Source of the DNA: a virus
Lineage: Duplodnaviria > Caudoviricetes
Reading direction: 5' to 3' (one strand)
DNA length: 64,000 bases
IMG/VR virus record: IMGVR_UViG_3300011871_000002
Coordinates: 128,001 to 192,000 of that record
Below the pieces are notes generated by a model. The model had not been told where the DNA came from. It made no database searches and saw nothing but the letters and a program-made list of their open reading frames with translations. A program made the translations under genes and the position numbers. Below are positions 9,522-19,603 of this stretch, one piece after another. Every line of letters starts with the position of its first letter. Within the stretch, counting starts at the first letter, position 1.

Positions 9522-10872
9522 TCCCAAACCAACGGCACCACCCGCCGTGACCGAAGCCCCCGCGCGCGCGCTGGCACCGGAAAACAAGAACATCTTGGTG
9601 GACTCACGCTACGTACCCATGAATGCGATCCTTTCGGCCATCGTGGGTACACCGTGGGTGGTGGACTACTATGCCCAAGTGGTGGACAAGGATACGGAGC
9701 TGTCCGGGCAGCAACTGAACCGGCTCGGTATCAACCAACAATACCGCCTGATATCCCAGTTCGAACTGCGGGTGTCGTCGCCACTTGAAGGTAGTCAAGA
9801 TAGCGAGTCCGGCGGCATGGACCTGGAAGGCGCATCCAACGTCTATCCCTGCCTGATTCCCAATAACGGTGACATGTTCTTGGCCGACATCGGCGATGGC
9901 CGGATCGGCGTCTTCCAAGTCACCGACTCGAAGCGCTTGACGATCCTCAAGGGTACCGCCCACGAGATCAACTACAAGTGGGTGGCGTATGCCACCAAAG
10001 AGCGTCTGGACGATCTTAACAGCAAAGTCGTCAAGAAAGAAGTCTTCGTCCATGACTACATGCTGCAAGAGAAGTATCCGTTTGTGGCGACCGAAGATTA
10101 CGAGGCTCGGCTTAAGCTGGCCTTAGCGAACCGGGAACTGGTGCCGATGTACTTCAAGGCGTTTTGGGATGCGGAATACGCCACCCTGACGGTGCCGAAC
10201 CAAGACCGACCCACGTATGATCCGCTTTTGGTCAAAGCGCTCTTGGCCATCGTCGACACCAGCGCTGCCCCTGAAGTCATCCGTACCCGACGTCTCAATG
10301 TCGATGGTGACGAAGCATTAAAAGCAGTGAGCATCTGGGACGTGTTGTTGCAGCGTAGCGCCATGCAACTCCAGCGTACCTTTACCCGCGCTGCCTTGGT
10401 TTCAGCGCGGGCCTTCGATCGTCAGACGCAGCTGGAGAGTATTTGCCATAGCGGCATCCACCATGTGGTCTACCCGCTCGATCCCGAGCGCTCAGTATTG
10501 GCCAGTAAGCTCACACGGCGTAAAACGAGCATCACCGCACTTACCCGTGCCCCAGAAGAAACACTTGGCGAATTATTGCCGGTGCAGGTGCTCAGTGGCT
10601 TGGACAATGTGGACGGCCACGCGATACAGCCTGCGATTCCTGATGCCGCCGCCACGGAGTATTACGTCTTTACGCAGGCGTTTTATGACAATGTCCGCCA
10701 AGAGCAATCGCGCTTGGAAAACCTGGTGCACGATTATCTGAACCACCGCCCCATCGTGGCCGCAGAACTTCTGAGTATCGTGCATGATTATCCCGGTTGG
10801 GAAGCAATCGACCAGTTCTACTATGGCCCGGTCTTGATGCTACTCACACGTGTCGTGGTGGAGAATTACTGA
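9508..10872 (+). CDS. Virion structural protein (phiKZ gp99-like)
   Basis: 454 aa; G.PWVVDYY, PNNGDMFLADIGDGR and YDPLLVK motifs; overlaps both neighbours. Confidence 0.65.
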   Translation: MPVFNPKPTAPPAVTEAPARALAPENKNILVDSRYVPMNAILSAIVGTPWVVDYYAQVVDKDTELSGQQLNRLGINQQYRLISQFELRVSSPLEGSQDSESGGMDLEGASNVYPCLIPNNGDMFLADIGDGRIGVFQVTDSKRLTILKGTAHEINYKWVAYATKERLDDLNSKVVKKEVFVHDYMLQEKYPFVATEDYEARLKLALANRELVPMYFKAFWDAEYATLTVPNQDRPTYDPLLVKALLAIVDTSAAPEVIRTRRLNVDGDEALKAVSIWDVLLQRSAMQLQRTFTRAALVSARAFDRQTQLESICHSGIHHVVYPLDPERSVLASKLTRRKTSITALTRAPEETLGELLPVQVLSGLDNVDGHAIQPAIPDAAATEYYVFTQAFYDNVRQEQSRLENLVHDYLNHRPIVAAELLSIVHDYPGWEAIDQFYYGPVLMLLTRVVVENY

Positions 10873-11474
10873 TGACATGGGTACCGGAAGACCAGCGCGA
10901 CACCCGCTGGTACCTGTGGAACAAGAAGTTTCTGTGTTCGGTACGCTATGGCGACACCTTCACCGTAGAACGCTTGAGAAACCAAGGCATCTACACCTCT
11001 GGTGATCCGTCGGTGGATCGCGCCATGATGAATGAGCGCACCCGTTTTTACCTGTCGATCAACGACATGGTGGAATACTTCCGTCAAGGGATTTTGGTGG
11101 GGGTGGTAAATCGTGAAGACACCGCCAAGATTTACGACTACGTGTCGAATCACATTGCAGCGTTTCGTCGTGAAATTGCGATAGCGTGGGATTTGAAAGA
11201 CATCCCGGTGGAAGACTTGGTACTGCTCGACCAGTTTGCCAGTACGGTGTATGAGCACGCCAAGCATGAGTTCACCAAGGAAGTGGCAAATAGTCTCATG
11301 GCGCGTCGAATGGACGAGATCGTGGGGTTCAGTATCGACAACATTCTCGGCGAAGCCAAGAACGAACCTGTTGTCAACGCTGCGGGCGAAGAAGAAGTCG
11401 ATCCCTATCCCAAGCGCGAGAGCTTGGAAAACTTCTTCAACGAATTGGTGCGTAAGAAACATCGGGGGTTTTAA
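10872..11474 (+). CDS. Conserved phiKZ-like protein (gp100-like)
   Basis: Start moved to the ATG at 10872 (TGATG overlap with the upstream stop); 200 aa. Confidence 0.6.
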   Translation: MTWVPEDQRDTRWYLWNKKFLCSVRYGDTFTVERLRNQGIYTSGDPSVDRAMMNERTRFYLSINDMVEYFRQGILVGVVNREDTAKIYDYVSNHIAAFRREIAIAWDLKDIPVEDLVLLDQFASTVYEHAKHEFTKEVANSLMARRMDEIVGFSIDNILGEAKNEPVVNAAGEEEVDPYPKRESLENFFNELVRKKHRGF

Positions 11475-12830
11475 ATGGAAATCGAGAACTCCGCTCTTTA
11501 TCGCGATATTCTAAGTGTCATCAATAGTGGAGCGAAACAGGTCCACCACACTTGGAAAGCGACAGTACACATCGGTAATCGGGATGTGGAAGTATTGAAG
11601 GTGGTCGAACGCGACACCTTGATGGAGTTTGATAACAAGTACGCAGCAGAGACGATGCTGGCAGTTGAGGTGGGTCTGGGCACGTACGCGTACCAGTTCT
11701 ATCCCAACCGCGAGCGCTTGGAAATTACGCTGACCCGTTATCCAATCGGTGAAGTGGGTGATGCGCCGAACACCGAGGTAGCCACCGAAACTGTGCGCTA
11801 TACTGCCGTACTGGTTGAATTAGGTGACGTTACCTTGGAAGGCAACACTGCTAACACTGCATCGGAAGAGTCCTTGAACTTGGTTCGTTTGGTGACGGTG
11901 GAATTTCAGTTAGTCGACAAGGTGATGGAACAGCTGCGCGCGATTAGCATTGGCATGACGCCACGTAACGCCAAGATCGAAGACGTGGTCAAGGCTATTT
12001 TGACCAATGTCTCGCAGCAAGTCGATGTAGATGAATCGATGCGCCCCCAAGGGGTATCGATGGTCAAGGCGTCGAACCAAACCAAGTACGACCATGTGGT
12101 GATTGATCACCATGGGATACGCTTGGTGCAACTCCCTGCTTACTTGCAGCAAAAGTATGGCATTTACAGTGCTGGCCTCGGGTATTTCTACCACCAGCGC
12201 CGTTGGCATCTGTACCCACGGTATAACGTGGAACGCGAAATGGATTCCGGTACCAGTTTGACCATCATCAACGTACCGAAAAACCGCTTTCCGGGTAGCG
12301 AGCGGACCTACCAGAAAGTGGGTTCGCACGTGACCATCCTCGCCACCGGCGATGTGAAGATGGAAGACTTGTCGACCATAGCACAACTAAACGCCGGTAA
12401 CGGGGTACGGTTTGTCGATGCGAATAACTTCATGGAAGAGTTCTTTGTCACCAAGAACAACAAAACGGTGGCGTCGCGGGCACGCAATGTCAGTGAATTC
12501 ACCGGAGTTGAACGTGACAACGGCATGAACAATGTCCGTTCGAGTGACAACTACATCACCGCCAATGCGTTTGTGGAGTATTCCAAGTTGGCCGAACGTA
12601 ATGGTGCGTATTTCTCCATGCGTTGGGAGCACTCCGACCAGTCGTTAATTGTGCCTGGAATGGTGGCCAAGATCCTGTACTTGGACAATGGCGAGATCAA
12701 GGAGATTCGTGGTTCGCTCCTAAAAGCGCACCACTTTGATCAAATGGCGGGTGAAGGTTATACCCGCACCCGGTACTATAGCCACTCAGTATTGGTGTTT
12801 TTCGTCGAGCGTTCTTTGCCTGCGAAATAA
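11475..12830 (+). CDS. Virion structural/baseplate-hub-like protein (phiKZ gp101-like)
   Basis: 451 aa; YLQQKYGIYSAGLGYF, NAGNGVRF and W..SD..LIVPGM motifs. Confidence 0.65.
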   Translation: MEIENSALYRDILSVINSGAKQVHHTWKATVHIGNRDVEVLKVVERDTLMEFDNKYAAETMLAVEVGLGTYAYQFYPNRERLEITLTRYPIGEVGDAPNTEVATETVRYTAVLVELGDVTLEGNTANTASEESLNLVRLVTVEFQLVDKVMEQLRAISIGMTPRNAKIEDVVKAILTNVSQQVDVDESMRPQGVSMVKASNQTKYDHVVIDHHGIRLVQLPAYLQQKYGIYSAGLGYFYHQRRWHLYPRYNVEREMDSGTSLTIINVPKNRFPGSERTYQKVGSHVTILATGDVKMEDLSTIAQLNAGNGVRFVDANNFMEEFFVTKNNKTVASRARNVSEFTGVERDNGMNNVRSSDNYITANAFVEYSKLAERNGAYFSMRWEHSDQSLIVPGMVAKILYLDNGEIKEIRGSLLKAHHFDQMAGEGYTRTRYYSHSVLVFFVERSLPAK

Positions 12831-12831
12831 T

Positions 12832-12856
12832 AAAGGGGAGGCTTCGGCCTCCCTTT
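12832..12856 (+). terminator. Intrinsic terminator
   Basis: AAAGGGGAGGC-TTCG-GCCTCCCTTT followed by ATG. Confidence 0.75.
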
Positions 12857-12953
12857 ATGTCGCGTGGGTAAATGTGCCCGATACCAACAAAGTAAATTCG
12901 TATTTTATGCCTAACGCGTTGTTTTCTCTCCATTTTTGTAAAGGATGGTCTGC

Positions 12954-13463
12954 ATGATCAATCAAGAGAAGCTGTTGGCGGCCTTAACTGCATTGAATAC
13001 CCCTCCTGTGCCCTTTACGCTGGAGAATGTAGTGCTTTCCCCGCCCACCTCGTTTCCGGGGCCAAATCCATGGAATACGCGAGTAACGATTAGCGCCGTT
13101 CCCGCTAAAGGGTATTCCAGTGGTTTGGACTTTTATTACCACCGTATCGATCTGGCTGAACTGGGCGACCTTGCGGTTGTTTCGGCAGTGCCAGTGACGG
13201 TGGCTGGCATCTTGCTGGTCTTGAATAATGCCAACGCAGCCCTCGACCAGGACCGGGCAGAACTCGATGTCAGCGATTTGGAAGAGATTACCCTTCCGCG
13301 CATGTATGAACACGGCGATGCAACGTTCATCAACCTCACTGCCCGTGCGAACTCCTACGGCTGGTGCGGCGAGAATAACCTCTTGGTCGCGTATAACCTG
13401 CCGGATGTCTCAGAGTTGGAGACGTTCTTGTATCAAACCGCACCGGGATACTTTCCCGGCTAA
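12954..13463 (+). CDS. Tail/tail-fibre-associated structural protein (phiKZ-like NT..YxRxDL family)
   Basis: AAGGA RBS before ATG 12954; NTRVTISAVPAKGYSSGLDFYYHRIDL; paralogous to 23929-24468. Confidence 0.55.
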   Translation: MINQEKLLAALTALNTPPVPFTLENVVLSPPTSFPGPNPWNTRVTISAVPAKGYSSGLDFYYHRIDLAELGDLAVVSAVPVTVAGILLVLNNANAALDQDRAELDVSDLEEITLPRMYEHGDATFINLTARANSYGWCGENNLLVAYNLPDVSELETFLYQTAPGYFPG

Positions 13464-13480
13464 TTAGTAAAGGAACGACC

Positions 13481-13933
13481 ATGACTGTAGTAGCTGACAG
13501 TATCAAGAAAATCATCGACGCAGGTGATGTGGCCGATGCATGGGTCAATGGCCCGCCCGACAAGATCATCAATACTCCTAGCGGACCCCTCAAGTCGATC
13601 GCTGGCGTCAATGCGTCGATTCTGGGTGACGTCCTCAACGCCATGAGCGCCACCAGTAATTCGGTGGTCACGATCGGCGCGGGTACCAAAACGTTTTTGA
13701 TCGGGCCCGGCAAAGGCTTTAAAGCTGGACAGATCGTCACGGCTGTGGCGCCTGGCGGCATGTATGTGTCTGGCGCCGTCAGGAGTTACGCGGACAACAC
13801 CCTCGTCCTCGACGTGCTCTCATTTAACGGTGCCGGTACTGCCGCTTCCTGGGCGATTGCTTTCAGTGGCCCGCCCGGTAAGGGTGGCGATAGCGAAGGT
13901 CGCTTGATCACCAAAATGCCGTGGGAAGTCTAA
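13481..13933 (+). CDS. Tail-fibre-associated protein
   Basis: 150 aa; ATSNSVVTIGAGTKTF...GAVRSY...LVLDV...W.I..SGPPG module typical of phage fibre proteins. Confidence 0.6.
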   Translation: MTVVADSIKKIIDAGDVADAWVNGPPDKIINTPSGPLKSIAGVNASILGDVLNAMSATSNSVVTIGAGTKTFLIGPGKGFKAGQIVTAVAPGGMYVSGAVRSYADNTLVLDVLSFNGAGTAASWAIAFSGPPGKGGDSEGRLITKMPWEV

Positions 13934-13980
13934 GCCACTCTTAGTTTCTTATTTGCACGTTTCAATCGGAGACCATTCAC

Positions 13981-16887
13981 ATGGCCGCAAATAGTTTGAA
14001 AATCACCGCTTTGCACAAGAAAGCCGATATCCTCCTCAAAGGGGACATGTCGGTGGACTTCGAAGAGCTTTTTAACGGGGAATTTTCCATCCAGTTCTTC
14101 ACGACCACGGATGAAACGTTCACCATCAACTCCACCATCTACAAGTTCCTCGATCTCAAAGGTGCCCAGGTCAACGGCCTCGTGGTCGGCGGCCAGCCGG
14201 GATGCTTCCTCAAGCTCGCGCTCGACGTTGAGCAAAAGCTCTGGTACATCGTGGCCAACAACCTGATCAACAACGGCGCCGGCTCCGGTACCATCGATAT
14301 CGACGAAGAGGTACCGCTGGCGCCCGTGGCCCTGCCAGCGATGACGATTCCCGATTACGAAATCAGCCGCAATCGCCGTATCGTCTTGACCCGTAGCATT
14401 AAGCTGGGCAACCCGGTCAATATGAAGCCCGGCAAAAAGCTTACCATCGTGCTCGAACAAGACGCGACCGGTAGCCGCACGGTCGACTACGATAACGCCT
14501 ATGGTTTCGTCGGTGCAGTCAAACCTGACGCCAGTACCACACCAGAAGTATCGGACGTGTTCGAAGCGTACATGCGCAGCGACTGGACCCTCATCTGCGA
14601 CCTGAAGAAAGGTTACGCAGTGATCCGCCCGATCGCCTATGGCTTAGACTTCGCGTACACCATGCAGGCAGCCTACACTGCTTCCCAGGCCAGGGCGGCC
14701 ACTGAAAACGGCCAAAACGTGCTCGTGATTCGTGACGGTTATCGTCTGGAATGTAACGGCTCTGTCGCCTCGCGCCTGCCCAATGTGGACATGCGTATCA
14801 AGGGAGTAAAGAAAGCCAACGGTAAGTTCCCTACCCTGCGTCTGGACAAGAACGATCGACCAGCGGGTGGTAAAGCTATGGTGAATATCGAGGGCGGCCG
14901 CAACGTCACTGTGGAAGACCTCATTATTGCAGGGGCAGCGTCGACCGCCGACGGCAACGGCACGGGTATTTTGTTCAACCCCAGCACCCAGTACGGCCTG
15001 GTCAACCGGGTCTCCCTGCTGGAGAACGAAAACGGCATTCGTACCACCACCGGTCCGACGATCGGCCTTGACATCGTCGATACGCTGTTTGAGCGCAACG
15101 GCTGGTCGTGGACCGATCCAGGGAAAAGCCACAGCATCTACGCGGGTTACCACAAAATCGTGCGCGCCCTGAGAAGTTCCTTCTATGACCCTAGCGATGG
15201 TCACAACATCAAGAGCCGTACCCTGCAATTGGTGCTGCGCCAAGTCTATGCACGTAAGTCGAAAGCACGTGAACTCGACCAATGCGACCAAGGCGTTGTG
15301 CATGTGTACGACAGTGTGTTCTGGAAAGAAAGTAGTGCGGTTCAGAATAACCTGATCGGTATCGGTCACGAACGCCTGACTGGCAAGGGCCGGCCGCAGG
15401 AGTACTTCTTCTACAACTGCTATTTCCACAACGATGTGTCGCCAGTTCGCGATGTGACGTTCCTGGAAAACATGATGGGCGGTAGTGCCTTGAATACCGT
15501 GGCTGTGCACTTCATCGACTGCGAATTCGGCGGCGCCGCTTTGATCAAACCGCAAGGCAACTACGACAGCCTTTTCAAAGGACCATACACCATCACGCTC
15601 ACCGATGGTCCCCTTGGCCCTCGTGTTCCGGTCGGCTCGCCGACTCGCCTGTTCAACATGGCAGAGCGTGATCCGAATCGCAAGACCAATCCAGCTAAGA
15701 TCGAACTGACGCCACTGGAAGCGCTGCCACCAATGACGGAACTGGACCCGATGCCACCGTACCCGACGTACCTGCCGGTACAGGTGGTGCCGCCGCTGCC
15801 AGTCATCGGTGCAAACCAACCACCGGTCGTCATCGTCGATAAGACACCACCGAACGTTACCCTGGAAGCGTCGCACGTGGTGATCACCGAAGCCACCACC
15901 GTGACCCTGACGGCGGACGCGACGGACGATATCGGTATCGCGAAAGTCGAGTTCTACCTCAACGATGTGCTGGTATCGACAGACACCGTCGCGCCGTACA
16001 CGCTGCAACGCGAATTCACCTCAATCGACGACAACGGCAAGCTGTTCGCCTTCACGGCCAAAGCCTACGATACTTCCGACAAGGTAACGACCAGTAACCA
16101 AGTCGTGATCCGGGTCGAGATGCTGCCGCCTGACGAAGTCAATCCGGAAGTGACGCTGACGGTGGACCAAGATACCGTGGTCGAGCCAAGCATGGTGACG
16201 CTGACTGCCGATGCTACGGATGACCGTGGTGTGGATCGGGTGGAATTCTACCGCGGTGAAGAAATGATCGGTATGCGTGATGCTGCACCGTACGAATTTG
16301 CTACCGCACTGGCCTACGCCGACAATGGTTCGGTAACCTTCACTGCGATGGCGTACGACGCTGCCGGTAACGTGGGTTCGAGCAGTGCTGTGACGATCAC
16401 GGTGGACATCCCGCCGCCGCCAGTGACAAATGACCTCGTGCTCTCGGGTGACCTGTTGCAGGCCATGAATGACGCCATTGCCGCAGCTGACAGCGGCGTG
16501 ACTGAATCCGGTAAACGTGTCGCTGCCGCCAACGCACTCATTAATGCGATGGCGCCGAACCACACGCTGTCGATCTTCCGTGATGGCGTGGAAATCATCC
16601 GTGCGGAATTCCCAGCCAAGATGGAACTCTACAGCAATGAAGAGGACATCGGTGTCGCCCTGGGTGAAGTCGGTAGCAGCACTACCTACAAGACCGCCGA
16701 CATCAACACGGGCTCGTGGATCTTCACCATCAAGGGCGGACCGAGCGACATGTCGACCATCGATGGTTCGGTGGGTCCGATCGGTTCCAATAAGGACCTG
16801 ATCCTCGAAGATTCGACCGTCGCAGGTCAAGTCTTCGACCAAGTGGTGGTGTTCCTGCTCCACCCCTCGATCGACGGTGTCAGTTAA
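13981..16887 (+). CDS. Receptor-binding/tailspike-like protein with a right-handed beta-helix and two Ig-like (Big_7-type) domains
   Basis: 968 aa; fibre module (L.NP..MKPG..LTIVLEQDATGSRT), beta-helix region (NVTVEDLIIAGA..DGNGTGI, ENENGI, GHNIKSR), Pro-rich linker, two TLTADATDD.G..KVEFY repeats. Confidence 0.7.
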   Translation: MAANSLKITALHKKADILLKGDMSVDFEELFNGEFSIQFFTTTDETFTINSTIYKFLDLKGAQVNGLVVGGQPGCFLKLALDVEQKLWYIVANNLINNGAGSGTIDIDEEVPLAPVALPAMTIPDYEISRNRRIVLTRSIKLGNPVNMKPGKKLTIVLEQDATGSRTVDYDNAYGFVGAVKPDASTTPEVSDVFEAYMRSDWTLICDLKKGYAVIRPIAYGLDFAYTMQAAYTASQARAATENGQNVLVIRDGYRLECNGSVASRLPNVDMRIKGVKKANGKFPTLRLDKNDRPAGGKAMVNIEGGRNVTVEDLIIAGAASTADGNGTGILFNPSTQYGLVNRVSLLENENGIRTTTGPTIGLDIVDTLFERNGWSWTDPGKSHSIYAGYHKIVRALRSSFYDPSDGHNIKSRTLQLVLRQVYARKSKARELDQCDQGVVHVYDSVFWKESSAVQNNLIGIGHERLTGKGRPQEYFFYNCYFHNDVSPVRDVTFLENMMGGSALNTVAVHFIDCEFGGAALIKPQGNYDSLFKGPYTITLTDGPLGPRVPVGSPTRLFNMAERDPNRKTNPAKIELTPLEALPPMTELDPMPPYPTYLPVQVVPPLPVIGANQPPVVIVDKTPPNVTLEASHVVITEATTVTLTADATDDIGIAKVEFYLNDVLVSTDTVAPYTLQREFTSIDDNGKLFAFTAKAYDTSDKVTTSNQVVIRVEMLPPDEVNPEVTLTVDQDTVVEPSMVTLTADATDDRGVDRVEFYRGEEMIGMRDAAPYEFATALAYADNGSVTFTAMAYDAAGNVGSSSAVTITVDIPPPPVTNDLVLSGDLLQAMNDAIAAADSGVTESGKRVAAANALINAMAPNHTLSIFRDGVEIIRAEFPAKMELYSNEEDIGVALGEVGSSTTYKTADINTGSWIFTIKGGPSDMSTIDGSVGPIGSNKDLILEDSTVAGQVFDQVVVFLLHPSIDGVS

Positions 16888-16913
16888 GACAGTTGTAACA
16901 ACTAAGGGAAACC

Positions 16914-19538
16914 ATGAAAGACTTTACTTGTGATCCAGTAACAGCACGGGCATTGCGAAAGATTGGCAACAAGGACGACCAGTCCAAGTTCCTTGCCTCG
17001 CAACTGGGACCAAATCGCGTGGTGCGTGCATGGCGTGATCCCAGCCCGACAGCGAAATTCCCTTCCCTGACCGGGGAAGAAATCATCAACGTATCGACCG
17101 ATGGCGCCCTCAGTTTCAAATCGGGCGTGATCGTCAGTCTTGGCCGCTCCGTCAAGACCAACAAAATCTTGGCGGCTGATCTCACCACCGGCGCGTGCGT
17201 CATGCGCATCGAAGGTAACGGATTCTTCGTCCAGGGCACGCTCGGACTGGTCGGTACCGGGGAATTCGATTTCATGCTGGAGGAAAATCCTGATCCAGCA
17301 CGCGGACTCGCCTTTGGTAACAGTGTGGTGATCAGTGGTCCGGAATACATTCCGACGGACAGCACGGTCAAGCTTTATAAACGCCGCCGTCAGTCGCCGT
17401 ACCGGATTCGGGCGTACAACCACAGCAACCCGCATTCGCCGCAACTGATGGCGACCTGTGTCATCGACACCATCGAACCGCCCTTGGTGATGGAAGACCC
17501 GGTGATGGCGGCAGAACTGGGCGACACCATGCCGTACCGCTCGGGACAGGACGCACCCTTCGACAACTTCGTCATGGGCGCGCACATGTTCATCTCGCGT
17601 CCAGAAAACACCGAAGTCGGCGACGTCCAGCTCGAAGAGCTGTTCATCGGCTTTGCGTACCGGGGTCCGTTCACGACCTACCCAATGAATGAGACCTTCA
17701 TCAAGCGTTTGATGTCGTTCAATCTGCCGGCGTGTAAGTTCCACGTCTACGATGAAGACGACAACGAACTGAAGGTGTTCGAGATGAACGACACGATGGC
17801 GATCAATGATCGTCGTCTCAATTCGGGTAACACCCACCGTGGTGGTCGCAATTCGCTCAAAGCGCTGTTCCCGCAGTTCAACTGCGCCATGGCGCTGGTG
17901 TGGCGTAACACCATGCCGAGGAAGACGGACTTCGCCAAGAAGCTCTACCCTGGCATGCTGAACTATCGCCACTCGATGTCCAAGGGTTACTATAGCCTCC
18001 AGTCTGTCGAACCACTGATCACTGGCGGCGCGGGCAATGCCGGTGCCAACGGCCTGGGACACTGGTTCGCTATGGCCAAATGGCCGCAGCCGGATAAGCC
18101 GCAGCCGATCAATGACCCGTATCTGGATAGTGGTCTCAATTCGGTCTATAGCGCAGGCAGTAACGCGTGGGCGATGGGGTGGGGATATGAGCCAGGCGCG
18201 TACGGTGGCCATAATTGGTACACTTCTCCTGGTGGGCCGCGTAGTGATCGCAGCGTCATCTCGTCAGCGCTGGCGATGTATCTGACGTATCCGGATGGTG
18301 TGCGTCTGCAAGACAACATCCCGACACGTGAACTGATCGAACACTGGAACCTCAATTCGTTCAATCACAGTAACCACTTCTACCAGTCGCCAAGTCTGCT
18401 GGATATCCCCCCACACGACGAGCTGTGGAGTGACAAGTGGGGGATGGACGGCACTTACTACGGTAACTATTATCGCGACAAAGCAATTACGATCTCTGGT
18501 GACCAGCGCGAGGGCACGACCCCAAATGCCTTCGACATGGACGGTCATATGTACCTGGCCGGCTGGGGGCGCGACCCGCTGCACAACTACACCAATCGTG
18601 GCTGGGGCGCCATGACCTTCCGTAGTCCGCTCATGGTGGTCGGTTCGATGTTCGACACCATGACCACGCTTATGATCCACCAGTTGCCACAGCGCGACCC
18701 GCGTAGTAACTACGGTGTGCGTACCATGGCGTGGCACTGGTCGCACTTCTCCATCGCGTGGAAACTCGGCACCAAGCACCCGCGTTATGGCTTCTCGCAG
18801 GCGCGTGTGGAAGACCTGTTCGGTAAAGTGCTCGCCGTCCTGTACGAAAAGCACACCAAGCCCGTCTACATCGACATGGAAGACTCGGCGTATGCGCGCG
18901 GTATCCGCCAGCTTGGTCTGGCGCTGGTGTCCAAAGGTAGTAGCTTCGGCGAATCCGGCGGACGTCTCGGTCTGTACATGGGGCACACGCTCCAGGTGTA
19001 CAAGCAGACCGGCTTCTGGCACCGCATGTGCGGCCTCGACCCGCGTTACAAAGCGGCCCTCGAAGGCGTGGTCAAGCAACTCGATACCTTTGTCTTGGGT
19101 AACATCGTGTACGCCAAGGGTCTCGGATACATGTACTTCAATGACATTGGCGATGGCGTCAATCTTGACACCATCCCAGCTAATTGGACGGCGTGGTATG
19201 ACCGCCTCAAGAACGACCCGGCCTGGGATGAGCAAGACTGGGTCACGGAAATCGAAATCGAGAAAGGCGTCAGGACGGTCAGTTTCAAGTCGAACAAAGA
19301 CGTCAGCTACAACCAGTTCGAGCAGTGGGCGCGCATCCACCGCGACTACTTCCCGGAGATTGCTCACCCAGACCTGGAGGCAGCAAACGCCGAATACGAC
19401 CGTTACGCGCAAATCGTCACGGACAAGGTGCTGGCCGAGCCGGATCTCCAGAAGCGTCGCTGGATCGACTACTTCTACCGTTACCCTGGCGTGTCCCCAT
19501 TCAAGGGACCAGCTCCGGGTGACCTGGTCACTGGCTAA
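16914..19538 (+). CDS. Large putative receptor-binding or carbohydrate-active virion protein
   Basis: 874 aa, Trp/Tyr-rich C-terminal part; N-terminal domain resembles the C-terminal domain of 13981-16887. Confidence 0.55.
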   Translation: MKDFTCDPVTARALRKIGNKDDQSKFLASQLGPNRVVRAWRDPSPTAKFPSLTGEEIINVSTDGALSFKSGVIVSLGRSVKTNKILAADLTTGACVMRIEGNGFFVQGTLGLVGTGEFDFMLEENPDPARGLAFGNSVVISGPEYIPTDSTVKLYKRRRQSPYRIRAYNHSNPHSPQLMATCVIDTIEPPLVMEDPVMAAELGDTMPYRSGQDAPFDNFVMGAHMFISRPENTEVGDVQLEELFIGFAYRGPFTTYPMNETFIKRLMSFNLPACKFHVYDEDDNELKVFEMNDTMAINDRRLNSGNTHRGGRNSLKALFPQFNCAMALVWRNTMPRKTDFAKKLYPGMLNYRHSMSKGYYSLQSVEPLITGGAGNAGANGLGHWFAMAKWPQPDKPQPINDPYLDSGLNSVYSAGSNAWAMGWGYEPGAYGGHNWYTSPGGPRSDRSVISSALAMYLTYPDGVRLQDNIPTRELIEHWNLNSFNHSNHFYQSPSLLDIPPHDELWSDKWGMDGTYYGNYYRDKAITISGDQREGTTPNAFDMDGHMYLAGWGRDPLHNYTNRGWGAMTFRSPLMVVGSMFDTMTTLMIHQLPQRDPRSNYGVRTMAWHWSHFSIAWKLGTKHPRYGFSQARVEDLFGKVLAVLYEKHTKPVYIDMEDSAYARGIRQLGLALVSKGSSFGESGGRLGLYMGHTLQVYKQTGFWHRMCGLDPRYKAALEGVVKQLDTFVLGNIVYAKGLGYMYFNDIGDGVNLDTIPANWTAWYDRLKNDPAWDEQDWVTEIEIEKGVRTVSFKSNKDVSYNQFEQWARIHRDYFPEIAHPDLEAANAEYDRYAQIVTDKVLAEPDLQKRRWIDYFYRYPGVSPFKGPAPGDLVTG

Positions 19539-19603
19539 ATAGTATCTGGGGAGAGTCTCGCACTCTCCCCAGTCCTTTCACAGTCTCTTTATGCGAGGCA
19601 TGC

